64,000 nt of DNA from Spirochaetia bacterium (GTDB taxonomy: Bacteria > Spirochaetota > Spirochaetia > DSM-2461), in assembly GCA_963666985.2 (NCBI GenBank), contig CAXXIA010000002.1, positions 2,176,001 through 2,240,000 of the forward strand. The letters are read 5' to 3'. Below, piece after piece: positions 10,133-19,981 of the stretch. Numbering within the stretch: position 1 is the stretch's first letter; each line of letters starts with the position of its first letter. The notes beneath the pieces are model-generated. The model had not been told where the DNA came from and did not search any database. It was given only the letters and a program-made list of their open reading frames with translations. The position numbers were made by a program, and so were the translations under genes.

Positions 10133-11896
10133 ATGAATCAGCATGTGATTGATGTCGCGTCCGGGAAAATCAAAGCCGACCTGGCGGTGATTAACGGTAA
10201 AATTGTCAACGTTTGTTCTAAAGAAGTCTATGACGGTGGAATCGCCGCGGCCGGGGGGATTATCGCCGCGGTGGGAGACATCGAGTATACGATCGGTCCC
10301 GAAACGAAGATTATCGACGCAAAGGGAAAATACCTGACTCCCGGCTTTATCGACGGTCACATTCATCCGGAAAGCACCAACCTCAGCATGACGGCTTTTG
10401 CGCAGGGTCTTTTGACTCACGGGACGACCGTTATCATGACCGATCTTCATGAAGCGGGAGTGGTGAACGGACTGGAAGCCATTGAGGCTCTTCTGGACGA
10501 AGCCGCCGCGACGGACTTGAAGATGTATTTTGTCGTTCCTTCTCATGTTCCCTTCGCGCCGAATTTGGAAACCAGCGGCGGCGTTTTCGACAGTTCCATT
10601 ATTTCCAAGGCATTGGATCGGCCGGATGCCGTCGGTATTTCCGAAATCGTCGCGCCCTATTTATTAAACGGCTATCCTGATTTGATGGAGGCCATGGATG
10701 TTGCCCTGAAAAAGGGCAAAAGTCTTCAGGGGCATCTTCCCGACATTTCGGGAAAAGATCTGAACACCTGCTTAGCGGCCGGTGTAACAACCGATCACGA
10801 AGCGCTCTCGACCGAAGAAGCCGTGGAACGGGTTCGTTCCGGATGTCATCTAATGATGAGGGAAGGATCGGCCGCACGGAATCTGAAGGATTTGGTGAAG
10901 GTTATCACCGAATACAAAATGGATTCGACGCTTTGCAGCATTATTACCGACGATTTGCATACGATCGATTTGGCGGAAAAGGGACATCTGGACGAATCGA
11001 TTCGCACCGCTTTATCCCTGGGGGTTGATTTCATTACGGCCGTGCAGCTGGTTACCATCAATGCGGCCAGGGCGTTCCATCTGGATCATGAAATCGGTTC
11101 TCTCGCTCCGGGACGGCGGGCGGATATCAATATCACGGACGGACCGGAATCCTTTGCCGTCCACTCGGTTATTTCGGCAGGCAGGGAAGTCGTGAGGGAC
11201 GGAACCTTCCTGAATCCCTACCCGGAAATCCGGCACAAGCCCTGTCTTTTGAACAGCGTTACGATGCCGAAGAAAATCACGGCGGAAGATTTGGGCCTTC
11301 CAGCCGAATGCGAAACCGGAAACGTTAAAGTTCAAGCCATGCGGACTCTCGACTGGATTCCCATAACCATCGGTGAAGAAGCCGTTCTGCCGGTTCGCGG
11401 CGGAATCGTTCAGTGTAATCCGGAAGCGGATATCCTTCATATCGCTCAGGTTGAGCGCTATGGAAAACACGGGAATATCGGCAAGGCGTTTATGGCCGGA
11501 TTCAACCTGAAGGGAGGAGCCCTGGCTTCGTCGGTTGCTCATGACAACCACAACATCATCGCGATGGGAACGAACCTGGACGATGTGGCGTTCGCCATGA
11601 ACCGGGTCGCGGAACTTCAGGGCGGACAAGTCGTGGTTAAGAACGGACAGGTCCTGGCGGAAGCGGCCTATCCGGTTCTGGGTCTTCTTTCCGATTTGTC
11701 TCTGGAAGAACTGACCGATCTGAAGAAAAAGCTTATCGATGAAACGCGGAAACTCGGCTCGACCATTCCCGCGCCGTTCATGTTCCTTTCCTTTATCGGG
11801 CTGGCGGCCATTCCGGAATATGCCATTACCGATCAGGGATTCGTTCATGTGCCGACGCAGTCCGTAATCAATCCCATCCTTGAGGTTGTTGCGTAA
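10133..11896 (+). CDS. ade: Adenine deaminase family protein (paralog 2)
   Basis: PGFIDGHIHPES, DLHE, QGHLP, TDHE, REGS, TDD, AHDNHN. ATG at 10133 after GGGGAG; track start is 10079. Confidence 0.85.
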   Translation: MNQHVIDVASGKIKADLAVINGKIVNVCSKEVYDGGIAAAGGIIAAVGDIEYTIGPETKIIDAKGKYLTPGFIDGHIHPESTNLSMTAFAQGLLTHGTTVIMTDLHEAGVVNGLEAIEALLDEAAATDLKMYFVVPSHVPFAPNLETSGGVFDSSIISKALDRPDAVGISEIVAPYLLNGYPDLMEAMDVALKKGKSLQGHLPDISGKDLNTCLAAGVTTDHEALSTEEAVERVRSGCHLMMREGSAARNLKDLVKVITEYKMDSTLCSIITDDLHTIDLAEKGHLDESIRTALSLGVDFITAVQLVTINAARAFHLDHEIGSLAPGRRADINITDGPESFAVHSVISAGREVVRDGTFLNPYPEIRHKPCLLNSVTMPKKITAEDLGLPAECETGNVKVQAMRTLDWIPITIGEEAVLPVRGGIVQCNPEADILHIAQVERYGKHGNIGKAFMAGFNLKGGALASSVAHDNHNIIAMGTNLDDVAFAMNRVAELQGGQVVVKNGQVLAEAAYPVLGLLSDLSLEELTDLKKKLIDETRKLGSTIPAPFMFLSFIGLAAIPEYAITDQGFVHVPTQSVINPILEVVA

Positions 11897-11945
11897 GAGA
11901 AAATCCGGAGGGGGATGGTTTGTCTCTCCGGGAACTCGGACACAA

Positions 11946-11984
11946 AACCGCCCGTGAAGCGAATTCGCGGGCGGTTCTTTCTTT
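11946..11984 (+). terminator. Intrinsic terminator of the purine operon
   Basis: AACCGCCCGTGAA-GCGAA-TTCGCGGGCGGTT followed by CTTTCTTT. Confidence 0.75.
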
Positions 11985-12194
11985 AATTTATGGATGTGAA
12001 AATGAGCCGGAATATGAGGATTCAAAAATATACTTATTAAATCGTTAAAAAGAATTTAATTCGTGAAGGCATGAAAAATATTCATGATTATTGAAATAAG
12101 AGATAGGAGATTTCGCTTATATTTTTACCAGCGTTCTCCTATCGGGAAAATTACTCACTCCTCTTGTTTAATTTTGAGGGTAGTGTTTATTGAC

Positions 12195-12893
12195 TTATTG
12201 CGTTAATTCCTTGCGGCGTATCTCTCCGTCCCTTTTGTCAAGGCTGAAATCTCCACCTTTTGTATTAGGATCTTTTTCGGGATGCAGGAACAAATTGACA
12301 CAGTCGTAGACAAGATCTTCTCCGTACATATCATAAATGGATATCCAATAGCAGTTTTTCTTGTTGTTAAGGATATCTTTCATAAAGGCAATGTCTTTAA
12401 CAGAATGTCGATCTTCTCCGTTTTTCCAATCAAGACACTGGATGAGTACATTTTTACTAAGCGGAAGTACAAGGTCTTCATCACCAACCGGAGGTGCCGC
12501 ACCTTTGTAGTATGTTTCATAATAGACTGTATAGCCATTGTTCATTTCTTCGTTAAACTCTTTTGCCTTGAAGATGAGTTTGTCATCTTCGGCTCGAACA
12601 ACATGTCCAATAGTTTTCGGAACACCGAAGCCGTATCCCGCATAGATGGTTTCTCCGATTTCGGCTTTATTCAATTCAACCATAACCCCATTTTCATCAT
12701 AAACCGGAATTCGTGGAGTTTCCGTAATTAAAGGGAATGCATACTTTGGATCAAACTGAATATCATACAGGCTTTTTGAAATTGCATGTTTTTCAAGTTT
12801 TCCCTTGAGAAGTGTGGTAATGGAATATCCTGTGCTTGACTCCGGATCTTCCAAGAACTCCTGAATAAATCGGTACTCTGTTTCCTTTTCCAT
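12195..12893 (-). CDS. Hypothetical soluble protein (232 aa)
   Basis: Last gene of the ABC operon, RBS AAGGAG, no motif I recognise. Confidence 0.7.
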   Translation of the reverse strand: MEKETEYRFIQEFLEDPESSTGYSITTLLKGKLEKHAISKSLYDIQFDPKYAFPLITETPRIPVYDENGVMVELNKAEIGETIYAGYGFGVPKTIGHVVRAEDDKLIFKAKEFNEEMNNGYTVYYETYYKGAAPPVGDEDLVLPLSKNVLIQCLDWKNGEDRHSVKDIAFMKDILNNKKNCYWISIYDMYGEDLVYDCVNLFLHPEKDPNTKGGDFSLDKRDGEIRRKELTQ

Positions 12894-12912
12894 TTTTTCT
12901 CCTTGGCTGTAT

Positions 12913-13869
12913 TTATTCTGTTAAAAAACAGGAAACATAATGTTTCTTTTCTATTTCTATGAGCTGGGGCTCCTCCGAACTGCAGCGATCAATGACATTG
13001 CGGCAGCGATTGCAGAAGCGGCATATCGGTTTAGGTGCTATGGGAGAAGTTATTTCACCTTTTAATAGAATCCGTTCTTTTTTCTTTTTTATATTGGGAA
13101 TTGGAATGGCTGAAAGAAGAGCTTGTGTGTACGGGTGGACAGGGTTTGTGAATAAGACTTCTGCCGGAGCCATTTCAACGATTTTTCCAAGATACATTAC
13201 GGCGATATCATCTGAAAAATAGTTAACAACCGATAAATCATGGGTTATGAACATATAAGTTAATCCCATTTTCTTTTGTAATTCTTTCATGAGGTTCAGA
13301 ATCTGTGCCTGAATGGAAACATCCAGTGCCGAAACTGGTTCATCACAGACGATGAACTTAGGATTAAGCGCTAAAGCCCGGGCAATACCGATTCTTTGAC
13401 GTCTTCCTCCATCGAGTTCATGCGGATATGTGTCCCATAGACGGTCGGCTAAACCAACAACTTCCATAATTTCACGAACCTTTTCCTGCCTTTGCCGCTT
13501 ATTCTTTTCAATCCGGTGAATACGTAAAGGTTCCATTATGGTTTGGCTTACGGTCTTTCGGGGATTAAGTGAGGAGAAAGGATCCTGGAAAACAATTTGC
13601 AGCTCTCTTCTTTTTTTGCGGATTTCTTCTTTATTTAATTTACTTAAATCATTACCTTCGAAAATGACTTCTCCTGATGTGGGTTCCAATAAGCGAAGAA
13701 TTGTGCGACCCATTGTTGATTTCCCGCAACCTGATTCCCCGACTACACCAAGGGTTTTTCCCCGTTTCAGTGTGAAAGAAACATCATCGACCGCATGAAG
13801 AGGTCCTAAAGGAGTTTGAAAATATTTTTTTAAGTTATTTACTTCTAAGATTGTCTCTTGTTTATTCAC
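12913..13869 (-). CDS. Oligopeptide/dipeptide ABC ATPase (OppF/DppF-like)
   Basis: [28 protein letters not shown]-terminal Cys cluster. Confidence 0.92.
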   Translation of the reverse strand: MNKQETILEVNNLKKYFQTPLGPLHAVDDVSFTLKRGKTLGVVGESGCGKSTMGRTILRLLEPTSGEVIFEGNDLSKLNKEEIRKKRRELQIVFQDPFSSLNPRKTVSQTIMEPLRIHRIEKNKRQRQEKVREIMEVVGLADRLWDTYPHELDGGRRQRIGIARALALNPKFIVCDEPVSALDVSIQAQILNLMKELQKKMGLTYMFITHDLSVVNYFSDDIAVMYLGKIVEMAPAEVLFTNPVHPYTQALLSAIPIPNIKKKKERILLKGEITSPIAPKPICRFCNRCRNVIDRCSSEEPQLIEIEKKHYVSCFLTE

Positions 13870-14885
13870 TGATTGATTACCGTCCCGTCAGCAATGTTGT
13901 TTCCGTTGTATAAATGACATTCCACAAAATGTGTTTCATTGCTGTAAATCCTTTTTGGTTTTTCGGTATTACATATCTCTTTCGCATAGTTACATCGGGG
14001 GCAGAATGAACATCCTGATGGTAAATTCGCAGGATCAGACATTAATCCTTTTATTGGTTTAAGAGGTACATCCCGTTTCTCCATATTAGGCAGGGAGTTG
14101 AAGAGACCTTCGGTATATGGATGAAGTGTTTTCTCAAAAATATCTTCCAGAGTCCCGTGTTCTACAATTCTACCGGCGTAAATTATCGAAACGGTATCGC
14201 ATGTTTCCGCAACAATACCCAAATCATGAGTGATCATGAGCATTGAAGTTCCGTAACTCTCTTTAAGATTTTTCATCATTTCCAAAACCTGTGCCTGAAT
14301 TGTTACATCCAGTGCCGTTGTCGGTTCATCGGCAATTAACAGCTTTGGATTACAGGCCAGAGCCATGGCTATAACGACTCGTTGCCGCATACCACCCGAA
14401 AATTGATGTGGGTACTCTACCCCGCGATTGCTTGGGATTCCAACAAGCTCCATCATTTTGCCGGCTTCCAGAATTGCCTTTTTCTCACCACAGCCGGAAT
14501 GATGGTTGATAACTTCAGCAATTTGTTTTTCTATGGTTATTACCGGGTTTAAAGCGGTCATGGGATCCTGAAAAATCATGGAGACATCTTTACCTCTGAT
14601 CTTTCCCATTTCCGCTTTACTTTTTTGTAGAATGTTCTCTTTGTTTAAAAAGATTGAACCTTTCTTAATGACTCCAGGAGGTGAAGCAATAAGCTGCATT
14701 ATTGATAGGGCGGCTGTTGTTTTTCCGGCTCCTGTTTCTCCAACGAGTCCAAGAGTCTTGCCTCGTTCAATAAAGAGTTCCAAACCATTCAATGCATGAA
14801 TTATTTCTTCATCGGTGTGGTATTCAACAACGAGGTCTTTCATTTCCAGAGTCAGGTCTTTTTGCTTATTGTTGTTTTTTTCCAT
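13866..14885 (-). CDS. Oligopeptide/dipeptide ABC ATPase (OppD/DppD-like)
   Basis: [27 protein letters not shown]. Likely start MEKNN at 14885; track start is 14966. Confidence 0.9.
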   Translation of the reverse strand: MEKNNNKQKDLTLEMKDLVVEYHTDEEIIHALNGLELFIERGKTLGLVGETGAGKTTAALSIMQLIASPPGVIKKGSIFLNKENILQKSKAEMGKIRGKDVSMIFQDPMTALNPVITIEKQIAEVINHHSGCGEKKAILEAGKMMELVGIPSNRGVEYPHQFSGGMRQRVVIAMALACNPKLLIADEPTTALDVTIQAQVLEMMKNLKESYGTSMLMITHDLGIVAETCDTVSIIYAGRIVEHGTLEDIFEKTLHPYTEGLFNSLPNMEKRDVPLKPIKGLMSDPANLPSGCSFCPRCNYAKEICNTEKPKRIYSNETHFVECHLYNGNNIADGTVINQ

Positions 14886-14922
14886 ATTTATCTTGATACC
14901 TTCATCTTTCGATGATTCATTG

Positions 14923-15825
14923 TTACTTTTGTCTTGGATCAAAGGCATCACGTAATCCGTCTCCAAGCAGGTTAAATGCTAAAATTGTGATCATTATTGC
15001 CACCCCCGGAAACAATGTCATATAGCTGTACTGTCTGATATATGTTCTTCCTGTAGACAACATGGCACCCCATTCAGGCATGGGTGCTTGGATTCCCAAT
15101 CCCAAGAAGCTGAGACCTGCTGTTGCGGCAATGACAGCCGCTATATATAACGTTGCATTTACGATTACAGGAGCCATGCAGTTTGGAAGGATATGCCCTA
15201 ATATTATTGTACTGTGTCTTGCCCCGATAGCTCTTGCCGCTTCGATGTATTCTACATCTCGAACTGTAAGTATGGCTCCGCGCATTACTCTTGCGTATGG
15301 AGGAATGCCTGAGATTGATAACGCAATAATCAAGTTGCGTGTACTGGTACCCAAGGCTGCTACAATTGCAATTGCCAGGAGAAGACCTGGTATCGCCAGG
15401 AAGACATCCATTAGGCGCATCACAATCATATCCGACTTCTTTCCCCAATATCCGGCAATGATTCCGAAAATACTGCCGATAACCATGCTGATTAAATTGG
15501 CGGTAATTCCGATGAAAAGGGAGATACGGGTTCCGTATATGATTCTTGCTAGAATATCTCTGCCCAGTTCATCGGTTCCAAAAGGATGCTCCGCGCATGG
15601 GCTTATAAGTCGTTCTGATATATTCTGCTTAATGATATCTTCTTCGTAGTCATAGATGACATCAGCAAAAATGGCCAGCAGTATTAAGAGGATGATGATG
15701 ACAAAACCTATAATGGCCGATTTCCTTTTCGACAGTCTTTTAACTGCTTGGGAAAATTCACCTTTTTTTCTTTTCTTTTTTTTAGAGACATTGCTGTTCT
15801 TTTGAATTGTATTTTCTTTATTCAT
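14923..15825 (-). CDS. Peptide ABC permease (OppC/DppC-like)
   Basis: HPFGTDELGRD, EAARAIGA (EAA motif), LGDGLRDAFDP. Confidence 0.92.
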   Translation of the reverse strand: MNKENTIQKNSNVSKKKKRKKGEFSQAVKRLSKRKSAIIGFVIIILLILLAIFADVIYDYEEDIIKQNISERLISPCAEHPFGTDELGRDILARIIYGTRISLFIGITANLISMVIGSIFGIIAGYWGKKSDMIVMRLMDVFLAIPGLLLAIAIVAALGTSTRNLIIALSISGIPPYARVMRGAILTVRDVEYIEAARAIGARHSTIILGHILPNCMAPVIVNATLYIAAVIAATAGLSFLGLGIQAPMPEWGAMLSTGRTYIRQYSYMTLFPGVAIMITILAFNLLGDGLRDAFDPRQK

Positions 15826-15837
15826 AATCTTTTTTCT

Positions 15838-16764
15838 TCATGAATACATTGATTTCATACGCGGATCTACAAGACCGTAGAAAAGATCAACAACTAAATT
15901 GATGATAGAAAAGCTTATTGCGAGTACAATGATACAGCCCATAACTGTCGGAGTGTCTCTCGACATAATTGATTGAATCATTAACCTTCCGATTCCTGGC
16001 CAAGCGAAAACAGTTTCAATAAGTACGGAACTGGCCATTAGTGATCCCATCTGAAGACCAATCATGGTAATAGTCGGAATGAGGGCGTTTTTTAAAGCGT
16101 GTCTGCGTATGACCAGCCGTTCGGGAATCCCTTTGCTTCTGGCTGTTCTGATATAATCCTGTCGAATTACTTCGAGCATAGAGGATCTGGTTGTTCTGGC
16201 AATACTCGCCATTGACCTTACGGCCATGGATAACGCCGGTAAAACAATACTGCTTAATTTTTCTGCTCCTGATACGGGGAACCAGCCTAATTTAAGCGAG
16301 AAAAGGAGTATTAGAAGTAGCCCAAGCCAGAATATCGGCATGGAAATACCGATTAAAGAGATGAGCATGCAAAATCCGTCAAACCATGTATTTTGTTTAA
16401 TAGCGGCGAATATTCCTAATGGAAGTGCCAGAACAAGACAGATTATTATTGAACAAAAAGCTAGGCGGATTGTATTTGGTAAACGGGCACCAATTTCGAC
16501 GGATACGGGATTTCTTGACTTGTAGGAAATGCCCATATCCCCTTTACACAGATTTAGCATATAACGGGCATACTGAACGAGAATAGGATCATTAAGGCCC
16601 ATTTCTTCCCGAAGAGCTTCAACTTTTTCATCAGTTGCTTCAGTACCCAGCATTATTCTAGCCGGATCTCCCTCTGTAAGGCTGATGATGAGATATACGA
16701 CAAGTGTGGCTCCAATAATTATTGGGATCATAGCTGCGAGTCTTTTAATTATAAATTTGAGCAT
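15838..16764 (-). CDS. Peptide ABC permease (OppB/DppB-like)
   Basis: GDPA, DYIRTARSKG, ETVFAWPGIG. Likely start MLKF at 16764; track start is 16821. Confidence 0.92.
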   Translation of the reverse strand: MLKFIIKRLAAMIPIIIGATLVVYLIISLTEGDPARIMLGTEATDEKVEALREEMGLNDPILVQYARYMLNLCKGDMGISYKSRNPVSVEIGARLPNTIRLAFCSIIICLVLALPLGIFAAIKQNTWFDGFCMLISLIGISMPIFWLGLLLILLFSLKLGWFPVSGAEKLSSIVLPALSMAVRSMASIARTTRSSMLEVIRQDYIRTARSKGIPERLVIRRHALKNALIPTITMIGLQMGSLMASSVLIETVFAWPGIGRLMIQSIMSRDTPTVMGCIIVLAISFSIINLVVDLFYGLVDPRMKSMYS

Positions 16765-16832
16765 CCTTTTTGCCTTTAAACCTGTTGAATGTAAACAGCC
16801 TCTTTTAAGGATACGATACAATCCGGATATAT

Positions 16833-16887
16833 AAGGAGAAAACCCGTTCCCGGAAAGGGGAGACTTTTTATGGAGGGTTTTCTCCTT
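16833..16887 (-). terminator. Intercistronic hairpin after the binding-protein gene
   Basis: AAGGAGAAAACCC ... GGGTTTTCTCCTT 13-bp inverted repeat. Confidence 0.55.
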
Positions 16888-16907
16888 TTCTTAATTTATG
16901 GTGCTAT

Positions 16908-18452
16908 TTATTTCCAATAAAAATCCTGAAAGTATGTAAAGGTTGCAGCATTAATATCAACACCGCCAAGATCTTTGTTGTAAGCGCGTATCCACAGATT
17001 CTGATAGAGCGGACACAGAACACATTGATCATTAACTTTTTCGATACATTCAGTTACAATTTTCAGACGAGCTTCGGTATCAACGGTAACCAAAGCCTTA
17101 TTGATAAGCGCATCAACTTCAGGATCGTTAAATCGGGCAAAGTTTGCAGCTCCGATCTGGGAACTGTGGTACACCCGTTTCATCCAACTAAGAGCATCGA
17201 AATTGGCCACGCCTCCCAAACTCGCGATAAAGTCTCCTTGAGAACATTTGGAAAGATAGGTTGCATATTCAATGGAAACGATCTCAGCGTTTATTCCTAT
17301 TTCAGCCAGATTTGCCTGGATAACTGAAGCTACCCTTCTTTTTTCATCATTTGTGCAAAGTATTGGAAACGAAAGGGTAGAAGGATCCACTCCTGATTCT
17401 TTTAGGTATTTTTTTGCCGCGTTTATATCATAGGAGACCGCATTCTTGGCGGAGAACCCTTGGAGGCCATTAGGAACGGCGGCTACTCCAGGACTGCCTC
17501 TGCCGTCCAATGCAACTTCAACAATACTTTTCTTATCGATAGCAGCATTTATGGCTTTTCTAAGAAGAACATTATTAAAAGGTTTAACCTCATGATTAAT
17601 ATCAAGATACATAAGGTTGCAGCTTTCTTTCATGAGTACTTCAGTTTCGGGATTCTCAGTCAACGTCGGCAGGTCAATTGTTGCAACGTCGTAGAGAAAA
17701 TCGACTTCACCTGCTTCAAGAGCGATTGTTCTTGAAGAACCCTCTGGGATAATTTTCCAAGTAAGGTATTTTATCGAGGGCATTCTTTCTTTGTCGAAGT
17801 ATTCTTCATTCATTTCAAATTCAAGCTTGTTCCCCAAGTCCCAATTGATGAATTTATATGGTCCTGTTCCGCAGGGTTCTGCGTTGAAATCATGTCCTGC
17901 ATCAATAAGTGCTTTGGGAAGTATTGAAAGTGTTGACTGAGTAAGATTCATAGGCAGCAGAGGAGATGGCTTTTTAGTTGTTATTTTAACAGTCAGATCA
18001 TCAATTATTTCAACGTCTTTAACATCGCTTATAAATGCTTCGGCGAATGACGATTCTGATGCATATTCGATAGTAGCCTTTACATCGGCTGAATTAAGAA
18101 TGCTGCCATCGTGAAATTTGACATTTGACTTCAGCTGCATTTCCCATTCTGTATCACTTAATGTTTTATAAGTATTGATTAGATCCGGTACCACTTTTAA
18201 GTCAGCATCTACTGTAAAAAGACGGTTATACATCAACATACACATTTCTTTACTCATTAATGATGTTTGATGAGTAGGATCCAGTGTAGGTGGCTCGTTA
18301 GAGGAAGCAATGATGACAGTATTTCTTACAGGGGCTGAGACTGTTGCGTCTTCATTACCCTTATTGCCGCATCCGACCAGTAAAGCTGTCAATAATAACA
18401 GCAAGAGGAAGAGCATTATATAATTTCTCTTCTTTTCTTTTCTTTCTTTCAT
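16908..18452 (-). CDS. Family 5 ABC substrate-binding lipoprotein
   Basis: Lipobox LLVGC; TLDP, KFHDG, GTGPYK, ALEAGEVD motifs. Confidence 0.92.
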   Translation of the reverse strand: MKERKEKKRNYIMLFLLLLLLTALLVGCGNKGNEDATVSAPVRNTVIIASSNEPPTLDPTHQTSLMSKEMCMLMYNRLFTVDADLKVVPDLINTYKTLSDTEWEMQLKSNVKFHDGSILNSADVKATIEYASESSFAEAFISDVKDVEIIDDLTVKITTKKPSPLLPMNLTQSTLSILPKALIDAGHDFNAEPCGTGPYKFINWDLGNKLEFEMNEEYFDKERMPSIKYLTWKIIPEGSSRTIALEAGEVDFLYDVATIDLPTLTENPETEVLMKESCNLMYLDINHEVKPFNNVLLRKAINAAIDKKSIVEVALDGRGSPGVAAVPNGLQGFSAKNAVSYDINAAKKYLKESGVDPSTLSFPILCTNDEKRRVASVIQANLAEIGINAEIVSIEYATYLSKCSQGDFIASLGGVANFDALSWMKRVYHSSQIGAANFARFNDPEVDALINKALVTVDTEARLKIVTECIEKVNDQCVLCPLYQNLWIRAYNKDLGGVDINAATFTYFQDFYWK

Positions 18453-18561
18453 GCAGAATTTCCCCTTTTGGACTATTTTTACACAGTTCTATTTAAATAC
18501 GACTGTGCTTAATCGCTATGTGATGCTATTCCGCGGGTACAATACAGTTATGATAGCAAGC

Positions 18562-18627
18562 ATCATACGGATTGAGTTTTTTTATGTCAAAAGAAAATAT
18601 TTCACAAGGTTATGAAGAAAATTCATA
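18562..18627 (-). promoter_or_regulatory. Sigma70 promoter with upstream LysR-type box
   Basis: Minus strand TTGACA (18590-18585), N17, TATGAT (18567-18562). Palindrome TATGAA-N5-TTCATA (T-N11-A) at 18611-18627, centred about -65. Confidence 0.7.
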
Positions 18628-19543
18628 CTGAAGATAAGGAATTTTGTAGTGATATAAATTCGTCTATGAATAATCGAAGAGAAGAATTAGTACTGTTTTT
18701 CTTGTATACCAATAAGACATTGAAAGATGTGTCAATATTATCAATTTCGGAATAACATAATTCATGTCCGCTTCTTTCCGAAATGGTTTTAGGAGCAACA
18801 GTGACATATTCTTCATTCATCAGCTGCATAAGCAAAGAATCGGCTGACGTCGGACTGTAACAGGGTTCTACTATTAAGGGCGGAGCATTCAACTTATTTC
18901 TTAATTCATTATTAATCAATTCGATTACCCATGTCGGAACATGAACTCCCTTGAGTACCTTAATATTTTTCATTTCTTGAAGTGTTATTTTCTCTTTTTT
19001 TGCAAGGGGATGATTTTTTGAAAGAAGGAAACGAAAATGTTCAGTTAAAAAAGGAATGACTTCATAATCATCATGTTCTTCCGGTAAAAAAATGGAAAAA
19101 AGCGTTGCAATATCAGCTTCTTCTGAATTCAAAGATTGAAAAATATTTGGAATGTTCTCAAATGAGCTGTTTGTAAAAACAAATTCTATATTTGGGTATT
19201 GGAGTTTAAATTGATTAAGTGCTTTTAGGAGAAATGGTAAATATGGTCCGATACAAGTCACTTTTATTGAACCCTGCTGACCGGTTCTAATATTCTTAAT
19301 TGTATCTTCCAGTTTGTTAAAATCAGCTACAACAGTAAGACTTTTTTCGTAAAAAGATTTACCCGCATATGTTAATTCCAAGGTATTGGTGTTTCTGTCG
19401 AATAGAGAGAGCCCAATTTCTTGTTCCAGCTGAGCGATGTTTTTACTTATGGTACTCTGATGTGTGTAGAGAGCGTTTGCAGCCAGAGTAAAACTTTTAT
19501 GTTCGGCAACAGAGATAAATCGTATAATTTGAGTCATTGTCAT
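18623..19543 (-). CDS. LysR family transcriptional regulator
   Basis: SFTLAANALYTHQSTISKNIAQLEQEIG..LFDR HTH. Likely start 19543 after GAGG; track start is 19573. Confidence 0.92.
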   Translation of the reverse strand: MTMTQIIRFISVAEHKSFTLAANALYTHQSTISKNIAQLEQEIGLSLFDRNTNTLELTYAGKSFYEKSLTVVADFNKLEDTIKNIRTGQQGSIKVTCIGPYLPFLLKALNQFKLQYPNIEFVFTNSSFENIPNIFQSLNSEEADIATLFSIFLPEEHDDYEVIPFLTEHFRFLLSKNHPLAKKEKITLQEMKNIKVLKGVHVPTWVIELINNELRNKLNAPPLIVEPCYSPTSADSLLMQLMNEEYVTVAPKTISERSGHELCYSEIDNIDTSFNVLLVYKKNSTNSSLRLFIDEFISLQNSLSSV

Positions 19544-19981
19544 GTCTTTTCCTCTACAGGTAATGTCATTCAAGGAACCGAGAGTCGGGATTATTATTTA
19601 GTTTTTTCCATATAATTAGGAATTATGACACAGTTTAGTTCTTATAGATTATATTTATCTGAATTATTTAGCAATTTAGCAATCCAATGACTCAAGAGGT
19701 GCAACCTTCGATAAACATGGCTTCATTGCATTTTTGGTGACTGTTTTTGTGAAGACAGGATACGATGAGTTTATTATCTCTCCGGCAGCAACTGTTTGTT
19801 TCCTCTATTTTAAATCCCACAACGATCTATCAGTGTATGGATCCTCTTAATCTGCGTTTTCCCGTCGATTAACCTTCGGAAAATCGTCCTTATTAGACAT
19901 TTACCCCTCCCCGAGGGCACGGAAACGCGGTACCATGGTAAATCAATCTGCGATTTTTCCGCTTCCAAGGAGTTAATAACA

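Larger units (their letters stand above)
12000..19800. mobile_element. AT-rich genomic island 1 (LysR + Opp-type ABC + hypothetical); boundaries approximate
   Basis: Abrupt visible shift to AT-rich sequence and codon usage relative to both flanks. No mobility gene or terminal repeat found. Confidence 0.6.

Noticed and set aside
11990..19980. att-like direct repeats around island 1
   Set aside because: I compared both flanks by eye and found no matching repeat.
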